This document shows positions 8,272 through 19,214 of a stretch of 64,000 bases of DNA, piece after piece. The DNA comes from Paraphysomonas bandaiensis (lineage: Eukaryota; Protista; Chrysophyceae): assembly GCA_965644295.1 (NCBI GenBank), contig CBFFRP010000620.1:1-64000 (forward strand). The letters are read 5' to 3'. Positions within the stretch are counted from its first letter, which is position 1. The number at the start of each line of letters is the position of its first letter. A model generated the notes under the pieces. The model was given only the letters and a program-made list of their open reading frames with translations, made no database searches and was not told where the DNA came from. The translations under genes were made by a program, and so were the position numbers.

Positions 8272-11200
8272 AGTGCAAGATCTCGAGGACAGCGGGCTGG
8301 GCTCATCACAGAGAGCTAACAACTTCAAAGAGAGTTTGGACGAATGCCTGAAGGCCAAAGATGCTTGCGATTCTCTATCTACGCCCTCTGAAGGAGATAT
8401 TGACCGTATATTGGACGACTTGGGTGAGAGCAGCGTTGAAAGTTTGAAAGAGCGGCTCGCTGAATATCGCGATCAGCTTGATAAGTTTGATAACGAGGGG
8501 AAATCATCATCTGTACGAGCTCGCAATGTCCGAGACATGGTTGTAACTTATGAGCATGCGCTATCCAAGATCAAGGCTATCCAAGCGCAGCGTCAAGCGG
8601 GCGTTGTTACACGCGCATCGGATGGAGATATTGACCGTATATTGGACGAGTTGGGTGAGAGCAGCGTTGAAAGTTTGCAAGAGGGGCTCGCTGAATATCG
8701 CGATCAGGTTGATAAGTTTGATAAAGAAGGGAAATCATCATCTGTACGAGCTCGCAATGTCCGTGACATGGTTGCAACTTATGAGCATGCGCTATCCAAG
8801 ATCAAGGCTATTCAACCGCAGCGTCAAGCGATCGCTACGCCAAATACGGATAATACCCCATACTTTGTGCACATATTTCACGATGTGGAGAATTGTAGGT
8901 GTGAAGGGCGATTGGGTCTGAAGGCCAGAGTCCTAGTTAAATACACGTTAGAGAAGATCATGTGCGCTTTTCTCGAAGTATGGAAGCAGTGAATGTTATG
9001 GATTTCGACCGAGATCTGTCATGGAAGTGGGATTTTTGCATCAGGCGCGACAGCAATAATGTTTTTCACCCATCGAAATCTTTCGTTCGAGATATGGACA
9101 CTGTTGGGGCAGTACTTATCGATGTGCCGGGTATAAAGAAAGGAGAGGTTGATAAGCGCATTGAGCGTAACATGAGAGCATTTGTAGCTGATTACCAAAA
9201 AATGAATGACGATGCGAAACAAAAAACTGCAGCTGTCCTCATTGCCAGTGATGGTGACTACTCCTCTGTTGTAGACGATTTGAAACGGATGGGTATACTT
9301 GTGATTTTAATTTATGATCCCGCGGAATGTTCTGATGTTTTCAAATCCATTGTGAGTCCTCGCTACTCTCTAGGTGTGTGGCAAGAAATCCTTGGTGCCA
9401 GTAAACCTATGGCGTCTGGAGTTAATAACACTACTGTGGAAATATTTGGAAACCCACAGAATGATAAGGAGTATGCCTCTCTAGTTTTTGCTCTTGCCGA
9501 TTTCATGTATGTAAGGGGACAGGCCAGCCGTTTCTATCCCGTTGACATGAGAGAGCTAATTAGAGATAAACTAGAAATCGGGGCGATTAATACTAAGTAT
9601 GGGGGCTTGGACAGTTTTTGTGGTAGAAGTAATGGAGCTCTTTGCTACCAGGCTAATAATCAGGGAGGATTAGTTTCTGTAGCTTTGCACTTTCTACTGG
9701 AGTTTTGGGTACGCTTAGAGGGGGGAAAGGTTCCCGCCAATCGATTGGGTACGTTATTATTGCACTTTTTAAAGTCGTATTCCTATTCTTATTTACTTTG
9801 AAGTCTGGCTGCTAATTGTGATGCATGTAGGTGAATTCTATAAGAATTTTTCACGGTGCGCCGAAAAAAATGTGGTCAAAAACCAATTTAGAGAAAGTGG
9901 GGGGGCTCCTGCACTCTGTTCTGCCACTGGTGGAAGTATGATATGGATCCAGTGTCCCGACGATAGCACCGTGAATGCACAGGTAACAGTGACGAGACTA
10001 CCAATTCGTGCATGTGGACTATTAGCTGGCTACTACACCACAACCACCTCAAGTACCTCTCAAAGCCAACTGTTGATGACAACATGTTGCTTAAGGTGTC
10101 ACCCGATGTCGTATTGAAGCTGTGTACTGATTCTCAGGGACCGTATTAGCGACTATCGATTAATCACTTTGAATCTTCACAGCAACCAATTTCTGATCCA
10201 GATGCTCTGTTGAAAGAAAGCAAATTGTGTGTAGATAAGTTTCTAAGTGGCCTACAGATCTCACCACTAGCCGAAGTGCCGGTGCCACGCTCAGTTCTTC
10301 TGGGTGACACTGAATTGCGAACGATAAGGAAACAATATCAAGTGTACTGCAATGTGTACAGGCGTAGGCAGGAGAACACGTGTGGCGATGATGCCATTTT
10401 TATGCTTCTTCCTAAACATATGTCAGCAGGACCGAATGTACCGGCGAATCGATCTCCTCGACGACACCCAAATAAGAGTGCTTATGATATAGAGGCATTT
10501 ACGCATTCACACCTAGTGAAACTAGGCATCAACCGCGATACTCATATTGTGACATATTGAACATACGAAAGGAACCAGTGCTACATGCTTATATCGTGCT
10601 ATCTATCTCGAGATGCACTTGACCAGGATAGGAGAAACAGGCTCCTCAATTCATTTTGTGAATCACTGCCTAGTCCTGAAGCGCGTGAAGTTGAGTCTAT
10701 TAAGCTTATTTATCCTTCCAGAAATGCGGAGGGGGCGGAAAAAGTCATGGATCGTATTAACGAACTTCGTCATTGCGAACGGGAATTAGATGTATTCGAT
10801 GCCCCGGGTGGTCCTCCAGACACTTCCTCCTACCGCCCTGCTGTCGAACGATTCGTTTTTATGGATGCAGTCTGGCGCTTTTTGATTAGTGAGATCAATG
10901 ATATTGCACCTGGATTACAGCTCAAAATATCTCAGCGTCAACAAAAGCGCGTCATAGCTGTACGTGGTCTAGAAAAGATGGTTGAGATTGCGGAGACACG
11001 TTTAAGAGAACGGCGTCGGAAAATATTGGAAAAAGCCATTGCAATTCCGAAGGAAAAACAGAGCGAGGACGTCAATGACGCACTTAATGACAACCTGAAC
11101 TCAATTTTTTCCAGCTGGTTTAGAGCATATGATCCTGTCCAAGACGGTACGTATTCGCTGGATACTGGATCCAACACTAACGAAACGTCTGTTTCTAGTG

Positions 11201-14084
11201 TAAGTTTGGGTAGTAATGCAATCCTCATTTCGTCGTTAATGGTATCGTATGTAGTCTACATCAGTCCGGATGCCTCTGGCGAAATTCTATGTAGGACAGA
11301 GAGAGGTTTGTATTTTGGCTCTGCATGAACGCCAGGACCAATGGCAGCTCCTTGTCAAAACAGCCCAAAATATTATTGACAGCTTTACAAGGAGAGAAAT
11401 ATCTGTAAAGGGTGAAAATCCGACTAGATTCAAAAAAGCACTCAGTAAATTTGATCTATTGTCTTATAAATATATATGACAAGGACACCAAGAATATTAT
11501 TTTGCATGGTGCCAGGGAATCGGTTTTGGGAGCAAGTGCTTACATTGAACAAGAAATGACTGGACAGCAGCCCGAGTCTGCCGATATAGACTGTTCGGAA
11601 TTCCCGCATAGCGATAGAATTGCCAGATATCTTCGTCGAGATGGTGAGGGATGTACTTTAGCACATTTACAGAACTTTGTGTCTCAGACTTTTAAATCGA
11701 TGACTCTAACGATAGGCTCACAGTGAATCAGATTCCAACAACTCCACAATTCTTACGCTTCGTGGTCCTCAAAAAATGATACCAGCAGCTATTGAGGCAA
11801 CGAAGGCGAAATTACGAAAAAATGTAGCTGATCTCGAATTATCAGTGGTTGACTGCTTTCACGATTATCAGGTGAACTGGTTGATGCAAAATGCGACGGA
11901 TATAGGCGACGAAAATGATACTGTGGTGGATTTTGTCAGTGAAGACTTAATTTCAACCGATGGCGATCCGCAGTTGAAATGCCAGTGCGAGATGGGTCCA
12001 ATATCTGTTTACGTAGTTCATTGTGATTTTATTGAGACTGCATCTTATGGATGTAACACAATTGTCAACTCCGCCAACTCACAATTGCAGCATGACGGTG
12101 GTATTGCGAAGGCAATATCAGATGCTGCTGGCCCCGAACTTGTTACACGGAGTGTAATTCCAAAAGTCATATTCCTGCTGGTGGAGCGACAGCGACGGAA
12201 TCGTATCGTTTGCATGATCACGGATTCAAGAGTATTATACATACGGTGGCTCCGGTATGGTCTTCTTCTTCTAACGATTCTGTGAGGATAGGCGAACGCA
12301 ATTTGTTGTATAATGCTGTGAAGAATGCCTTGTGTGAAGCTCAGTTAAAAGGCGCGGAGGCCGTAGCGATTCCAGGTGTTGGTATGGGTTTATTCAAGTG
12401 GCCGGTGGAAGATGCTGCGACAGAAATCGTACTTGCAATCGGAGAGTTCATTCATGACCAAACAGCGGCTGATGACGCCCAGAAATCTCTGAAAAAAATA
12501 GTTCTTTTTGACAACATTGAGTCCAGGGTATCTGCGTTCGTATCAGCACTAAAGGCATTGCAGGATCACACCATTGGTGCGTCGGTGTCTATCCCTACAC
12601 AATTCCCTCCTCCACCACCACCTTCAGTGCCTGAGTATCAGTGGTTCCGGAAAGTGTGGACTCATGAGATTTCGGAACAGCCAGATGGGGTGGTTCGTAC
12701 CGTGTATGACGAATCTTTGGTTGAGCATGTTGTTGTTCCTTATGATTATGATCAAGTTATGCAAATGGAGCGAGCATTTCTTGCTGGAGACTCGTCGGTT
12801 ACTCTGGTTGGTGATGCCTACGGAGCAAGAAATAATAAACAATACAAAATTGACTTCTCACTAAAAACACAAACAACGATTCCACCCTTGAATGACCTTT
12901 CTGTACGTCCGATTTTCCGCAGACCTGTAATCGATCCTAAGAATATTCCGATGTACAATGAGCGGTGTAAAGAGCAAATACTCGTTAGATCTGACATCGT
13001 TGAGAGGGTTATACCTACGAACTTAAGAACTGGTGCTTTTGTAAAAGGTCGAGATGGGATACAGACTCTAAACTCCTTACAAAGAGAGAATGGCGTGGCA
13101 ATATTCGGTAATTATTTTGTCATTTATTGTCGTGATTGGATGTAAATATATTTTGTGTAAATAGGTACCTCTGATGCGATAAAGAAAACCATGATTGCTC
13201 TCGATAGTTTCATTTTGGAAAATAAAACTTCCAACACTGTTGAATTACGTCTTCTACGAACTTCCAATATTCAATTCGAAACCGCACTTAATGAACTCCA
13301 GGAACTAAGCAGAGAAATGAATGTCGTGATCAGCTCCAGCAATGATGCCGACTGGAATGTTATTATTGAAGGTTTAGGGGAAGTTGTAGTGCTCCGGGCG
13401 CAGACAAAAGTGCTTGAATATGAGAGGAATAAAGTCTATAATGACAGCCGTGCCCTTTCTCTACCTGATACCTGGGGGTATGAGTTAACTGATGACGATT
13501 GCTTCCCTGACCCTTCACTCAAAGAGCTAGAGCCAATTAGCAGCGAGTACATCGAGGCTGCTAAATGCTTTGGAAATGACAATTTTAAGGCAGACATAGT
13601 GCGCATTGAACGTGTGCAAAACGTAGAGCTCTACCGTCTTTACGACACGAAGCGCAAAGAGGTTGCTCGTAAAAACGGAGGCAATGCGAATGAGATTCTT
13701 CTGAAGCATGGAACACGTTATACACTTCCGAAAACTGTCTGGAATAGTGGTTCGAGGACAAACACATATGGTTTTGATTTTCGTTGGTCTAGTGCCAATA
13801 ATTATTATGGTAGAGGATCGTACTTTACTGACGATACTGCTGGTTACGCTAATAGCTACTCGTATAAATGCGAGAACTCAGACGAAAGACAGATTTTTCT
13901 GGCATATGTCGCCCAGGGTTGTATTGAGCAGAAGGATACCACAGATAGCAACATAAAAACCCCTTCAGCGGGTTACCAGTCTGTGCGTGGTCCGATTGAT
14001 GGGTCTATTCAAGGGCTTATTGTTTACGAACTGCATCAAAGCTATCCTGCTTACGTTGTTACGTACAAAAGAGCGCCCAAGTAA
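8264..14084 (+). pseudogene. Disrupted multidomain gene: helical repeats - NYN RNase - LOTUS/OST-HTH-like - KH-like - Macro - WWE - PARP (mono-ART type)
   Basis: NYN: HIFHDVENC, KKGEVDKRI, VLIASDGDYSSVVDDLKRMG. Macro: IVNSANSQLQHDGGIAKAISDAAG, IIHTVAP, VAIPGVGMGLFKWP. WWE-like: YQWF...PYD...QMERAF...YKIDFSLKTQT. PARP: ERVQN, LKHGT, YGRGSYF, FLAYV, IVYELHQSYPAYVVTY. GT-AG introns at 9749-9830, 11147-11264 and ~13108-13164. Apparent frameshifts near 8970, 10050, 11470, 11715 and 12146; in-frame stops at 10147 and 10558. Confidence 0.8.
8393..8830 (+). repeat. 231-bp (77-aa) intragenic tandem duplication
   Basis: GGAGATATTGACCGTATATTGGACG starts at 8393 and 8624; near-identical translated repeats. 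Confidence 0.9.
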
Positions 14085-14119
14085 CTAGGTGAGCTGTAGT
14101 ACTATGCAATTGGTTGAAC

Positions 14120-14315
14120 TAGGGTTAGGGTACTAGTTTATACTTCCTTTTCTTTATATATACTCTTGACTTAATAATTCTGTTTTCTCCGTACTATTCG
14201 ATTAGGGTTAGTTTTAGGGTTAGGGTTAGGGTACTAGTTTATTCTTCCTTTTCTTTATATACTCTTGACTTAATAATTCTGTTTTCTCCATACTATTCGA
14301 TTAGGGTTAGGGTTA
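14120..14315 (+). repeat. Interstitial TTAGGG repeats embedded in a ~105-bp tandem duplication
   Basis: TAGGGTTAGGGT clusters at ~14120, 14203-14232 and 14301-14314 separate two copies of ACTAGTTTAT...TACTATTCGA. Confidence 0.8.
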
Positions 14316-14565
14316 TTGAAAATTGCTCATTTTAAGCTAGATCACAGAGAGAATTTGTCGTAAGACTGTAGATAGATTTATTAATATCATCGTTTACATG
14401 AAGTTGTGATAACCAACACTAACTCATTTCAATCCATGCATAATATCCTACATATGCGAACCTCTCGTTACTGAACATATCTTGAAAGATCACGTAAGCA
14501 CAACAAACAGTGGATTGACGCTGAGTCGTAATTGTAACTACTTCAAATTGATATCCACTACGAAA

Positions 14566-15020
14566 TGTGATGTTTCTGAGAACTAGAAACACGTGAAAGA
14601 CAAAAAGCTCTCTCTAAAAACGTTTTAACAGATTTAAAGTGCACGCCAGCGGGCTGCTACACTGTTAAGCCTACCAGCGGGTAGAACTCCTCCACACAAA
14701 CGCAAACCGCGAATGAGCTTAATTGAATCGTTATTAAAACGTTATATAGAAAGAATGAGTAACACAGCTATACATCTCTACAGTGTAACACACACATACA
14801 CATACATCATGTTCAGCATTTCACTTCAACACACAACACACCCGATTAGAAGTATTTTATCCGGTATGTATGTACAGCTTCAACACTCTGAGAGTAGAAA
14901 CTGAAAATAAAACTGAAAACTGAAAATACTAAAACACTCTGTACGTGTTAGAGAGTACAACAGAAGAGTAACATATCATACTACTAATAACGCAGTATAA
15001 GTAACCAGTACTGCGTGACA
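14566..15020 (-). repeat. 3' LTR (455 bp)
   Basis: TGTGATGTTTCTGAG...CTGCGTGACA; differs from the other LTR by 3 substitutions and a 1-bp indel by eye. Confidence 0.95.
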
Positions 15021-15038
15021 CTACCCTCTTTTCCCCCC
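15021..15038 (-). promoter_or_regulatory. Polypurine tract
   Basis: GGGGGGAAAAGAGGGTAG on the minus strand, immediately before the 3' LTR. Confidence 0.9.
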
Positions 15039-15251
15039 AGCTGAAGAAATTAGATTGTGAATACAGATACTGTGATTCATGTATGCAAATACTTAAATCG
15101 GCCATACTAGATAGCGTCATTCTAAGTATAAGCAAACAAAATCAGATTCAAACATATTAGATTGAAAATAAACTAGATAGACAAGGTAGTATTGTAATAG
15201 AAATAAAAGAATATTATAAATATGATTTCAAAATAGAAGAATAAAACCTGT

Positions 15252-18200
15252 TTACAAGAGTATATCAGGAAATCTCTTGCAAAACTCCGCATCGACCAAC
15301 ACCATAATAGAAGAGTCAAATGTAGTAACTCGACCGTAGCAATGAACGTCATAGGCACTCCATTCATATGTAGACCGAAACAAAGGGCAATATAGATCAA
15401 TACGCAATTTACGACGACCCGCCCACCGTACATAGTTACACTCCACAACATAAATAGTCGTATAACAATTCGGTAAGTCTAGTGTATCATAAAAATCGGC
15501 ACCCCAAGCACGCAAATCTACATAAATAGTTTGACCAGGAGACACTCCCTCAATAGGAATACGTTTCATACGAGTACGTTCAGCTTTAGCCATGGTAGCA
15601 GTAAATAGTAACGGAAAAAGATATGGTCGTTGTTCACAGTATAATTGGAAATGTGAAGTAGAGGAAATATCTAGGGACCATGGTATCCACAACAAAGAAC
15701 CATCCTCAAACTGTACTTGAAAATCCATTGTAGTACGCACTTCAGGATCTCCTCTATGAGCAACGATAGAACGCACTGTATGTTGGTTGAAATCAATTTG
15801 GGCTACACGATATGCATCATCAAGTGTTCCAAAGAACGGTTTAAGCCATGACATGTGCAATACCACTTCAAAACGCATGACAATATGAACACATGTAACA
15901 TCAGCTTTATAAGTTGACACCACTTCATAAGGTCCCTTAAAACGAGGATATAACTTCGTAGGCTTGTGGCGCTTTGGATTTAATTGGAATAATACAAGTT
16001 GGCCCGGTTGATATTGGGTTAAGCTCTCAACTGGCGTCTTAGATTTACGCTTGTTTTGTATCTTACGCTGAACCTCATTTGCAATTTCACGAATCGTCTC
16101 AAGATGTTCATTAAACTTGGCAATATACTCCATAGAGCTACTCACATTAACATTATCCGTTAATTTAAAGTATGGCATAGCAGCAGTACCAAATGTAAAC
16201 TCAAATGGCGACAAACCAGTCTCACTACTAACTTCATCATTAAGAATGAACTGAATCAGTAAGTAACATTCTGGATCTCCCCATACATCCTGTAAACGTT
16301 CATCATGCACCAATGCACTTAGAAACCTTAGCGTCTCTTGATGAGTTCTCTCAACCATATTTGATTCATGTCGATCTACTAAAGACATTCGAAAACGCAC
16401 ACCAAACCATTTCAAAAGCAATTGTACAACCTCTGCTGTAATATTAGATCCAGGATCTGATATCATAACTTCTGATATTCCATATGTAACAAAATAACTG
16501 AACAATGCACGTGCAACTCCAACCGCTTTGTAATCCTTAGCTGGATAAAGACCGATTAAACGAGAAGGCATCTGTTTGACAACATGTATGCAGCAATGTC
16601 CATACTTGTCCGGCGGTGAAACTGTAAGCGTATCAAAACCTACAAATTGACGACAATGCTCTGAGTCAAGTGCTCTAATCGGCGCTTGTAATGAAGTACT
16701 CATACCCGCATTCAGTTTCTGGCATATTGGACAACGATCAATCAAATCTTGAATAACTTCCGTAGTTATTGTATGTCCAGGAAATACTTTGGACAATTTC
16801 AACCATGTCCTCTTAGTACCATGATGCCCCATACGACCGTTATGAACCAAATCAAACGCTTCCTTAACTGATTTAGGCCGTAAATTTTGACTCGCTAGTT
16901 CTTCCAGAGCTGCTATGATCTCTGAAGAAAATACAGCACAACATGCTATATCATCTGATTCAGAACTCCATTCTCCTATACAATTTAATTCAATCAGTTG
17001 ATCCTCCGGTAGCAAATCTGTATTCTCAAATATAACAATTTCCCCATATATTAGACTCTCCTCAGGAAAACAGTCTATACTTATGGACAACAACATAACA
17101 TGAGCCACAGCCGATTCCTGATCTTTACGAGATAACCAATCAGCAAATCTGTTTAACTTTCCCTTGAAATGAAGCAAGTCGAAATTGAAATTCTGTATAA
17201 ACATCCGCATGCGTACTATTCTGTCAACAACCGAAACTTCCATCCATTTAAGATTGGCGTGATCCGTCATGATCGTGAACTTTTTACCTCTCAAATAATA
17301 CGACAAAGCATATACACAAAAGAATATTCCAAAACACTCCTTGTCAATAGTGGACCACTTCAATGTTGGTTCCGAAAATTTCTTCGACACCATTGCAATT
17401 ACTTGATAGAATTCTTGACCATTGGCGTCAATGAAAATTTGTAACAACACACCTCCACATGCATAAAACGAAGCATCTGTCATCAAGATCCATCTTAAAG
17501 AATAGTCGGGATGATACAGAGTAAGAGATTTTAAAATCGCCTCTTTAAATCTACTAAATTCCTCCCTGTAATTTACTTTCCAACAATTCTCATTCCAGTC
17601 AAAATTCTTCTTCGTCATGTCATGTAACTTATGAGTAAGGTCACTATATAACGGAATAAAAGGTTTAAAATATATTGCCGCTCCAAGAAATCTCTGCATT
17701 TGTTTCGTCTTGTTTTTCCCTTCTGGAAATTCAATTGCAGTTACTGATAATTTTCGGGCCTCAGTTAATTGGTAAGTGTTGTCCTTACAAAGATAGCCGA
17801 AAAATTCCACTGATGAATAGCCAAATTTGCTTTTCGACAATTTCAACACGACGTTATAATAAGTACATTTTTTAATAACTTTCTTGAACTTCTCAATAGC
17901 ATCCTGATAGTCATGCGCTAACACCAGTAAGTTGTCAAATATCACTACCATCCACTCTGAGAATTCATTGAAAATATCAGACACTACATGCATCAAAACT
18001 CCACTTGCCGGAGAAACTCCCTCTGGCATAAACTTTGGTTCGAACTGACCCCATGGAGTTTGAACTGACAACAGTGCTGAAACTGATTCATGAAGTCTAA
18101 TCCCATGGAAAGCATTACATATATCCAAATCAATGAACACCTTATACCCAGCTGCTTTATGTAATTCTTTTATAACATCTGGTATGGGATAATGCGGACT

Positions 18201-19214
18201 TTCAATCTCTAAATTAACACGCCTGTAATCACCACATATTCGAATAAAAGGTTTCGTAGCCTTGGGTGCTACTACAATTGGAGATGCATAAGGACTCGTA
18301 CTGGGACGATAAAAGTATCCGCACATCCTATTGAACTCCTCCTTCGTACGTTCATATAACATAGGTGGTATCCTTCTCATATTCTTGGGTTTAATTCTAT
18401 CAGGAATAGTACTTTTCACCTTTAATTTTAACTCAGGAACATGCTGAATTCCAGTCCACTCTCTAGGAACAAAAACATCAACTGCATCCTCTCTCAAAAC
18501 TCTCAATATATCAGTTTGTTGAGCGAAATCAGGATGTACTTTTGATTCTAGTTCACTAAAATATTTCTCCCTAGCCTCATCCACTGACTGTTCCAAAAAA
18601 GTCACTAAACTTCCAAAACTACATGGTTCAGGGATCATATCATCTTCCTCTGACTGTTCTGGAATTGGATTCTCCCATGGATTACAGACTGGTCCTGACG
18701 ACATATATCTCCTAAGTTCGTCAATGTCATCCCCAATATTGGCAAGAACTTCTATTTCACTTAAATTAACAGATTGTTCAACACTCAGTGATGCTTTCTT
18801 AATCATATTCATAAATAGTTCGGAAAAATGCTCACAGATTGCCGGTAATCCTATAATAATGTCCTTTGCCAAACCGTCCAAAACATACAGTGAAAGTTGT
18901 GCTTTGTAGGTCTTACCATCATCTTCAAAAGCAATTGTAACAGGAATATACCCTTGTAGTTCAATCTGATGTCCGTCTGCTACTTTGACCCTCAATTTTT
19001 TATGTACCATATCCTTTAACAATTTGTCCCCACACTTCTTAACAAAATTTGATGAAATAAAATTATCCGAAGATGATCCGGAATCAAATAAAACCATTTC
19101 CACATTAATCTTATCACCACAGTTATTTATTATCATTCCTTGCCTATGTACAGCATTACGAAATCTGCTGGAAGTATCATTGTAATTTCGCATAGCTGCT
19201 ATCACTGATTGTGC
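15252..19214 (-). CDS. pol: Pol polyprotein (aspartic protease, RT, RNase H, integrase, chromodomain, C-terminal extension)
   Basis: LFDSGS; RICGDYRRVN, FIDLDICNAF, VVIFDNLLV; LMTDAS...DKEC...TDHANL...ADWLSR; H..GH...CPIC, GFDT, SDPG, VERTH, KGPYEV; HTVRSIVAHRG...FQVQF...WIPW. Confidence 0.95.
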   Translation of the reverse strand, partial: AQSVIAAMRNYNDTSSRFRNAVHRQGMIINNCGDKINVEMVLFDSGSSSDNFISSNFVKKCGDKLLKDMVHKKLRVKVADGHQIELQGYIPVTIAFEDDGKTYKAQLSLYVLDGLAKDIIIGLPAICEHFSELFMNMIKKASLSVEQSVNLSEIEVLANIGDDIDELRRYMSSGPVCNPWENPIPEQSEEDDMIPEPCSFGSLVTFLEQSVDEAREKYFSELESKVHPDFAQQTDILRVLREDAVDVFVPREWTGIQHVPELKLKVKSTIPDRIKPKNMRRIPPMLYERTKEEFNRMCGYFYRPSTSPYASPIVVAPKATKPFIRICGDYRRVNLEIESPHYPIPDVIKELHKAAGYKVFIDLDICNAFHGIRLHESVSALLSVQTPWGQFEPKFMPEGVSPASGVLMHVVSDIFNEFSEWMVVIFDNLLVLAHDYQDAIEKFKKVIKKCTYYNVVLKLSKSKFGYSSVEFFGYLCKDNTYQLTEARKLSVTAIEFPEGKNKTKQMQRFLGAAIYFKPFIPLYSDLTHKLHDMTKKNFDWNENCWKVNYREEFSRFKEAILKSLTLYHPDYSLRWILMTDASFYACGGVLLQIFIDANGQEFYQVIAMVSKKFSEPTLKWSTIDKECFGIFFCVYALSYYLRGKKFTIMTDHANLKWMEVSVVDRIVRMRMFIQNFNFDLLHFKGKLNRFADWLSRKDQESAVAHVMLLSISIDCFPEESLIYGEIVIFENTDLLPEDQLIELNCIGEWSSESDDIACCAVFSSEIIAALEELASQNLRPKSVKEAFDLVHNGRMGHHGTKRTWLKLSKVFPGHTITTEVIQDLIDRCPICQKLNAGMSTSLQAPIRALDSEHCRQFVGFDTLTVSPPDKYGHCCIHVVKQMPSRLIGLYPAKDYKAVGVARALFSYFVTYGISEVMISDPGSNITAEVVQLLLKWFGVRFRMSLVDRHESNMVERTHQETLRFLSALVHDERLQDVWGDPECYLLIQFILNDEVSSETGLSPFEFTFGTAAMPYFKLTDNVNVSSSMEYIAKFNEHLETIREIANEVQRKIQNKRKSKTPVESLTQYQPGQLVLFQLNPKRHKPTKLYPRFKGPYEVVSTYKADVTCVHIVMRFEVVLHMSWLKPFFGTLDDAYRVAQIDFNQHTVRSIVAHRGDPEVRTTMDFQVQFEDGSLLWIPWSLDISSTSHFQLYCEQRPYLFPLLFTATMAKAERTRMKRIPIEGVSPGQTIYVDLRAWGADFYDTLDLPNCYTTIYVVECNYVRWAGRRKLRIDLYCPLFRSTYEWSAYDVHCYGRVTTFDSSIMVLVDAEFCKRFPDILL

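Noticed and set aside
3113-8276. Simple inversion between repeat copies 1 and 2 as the reason for missing TSDs
   Set aside because: Swapping and reverse-complementing the inner flanks (GTATT, GTACT) still does not match the outer flanks (GTAAC, AGTGC).
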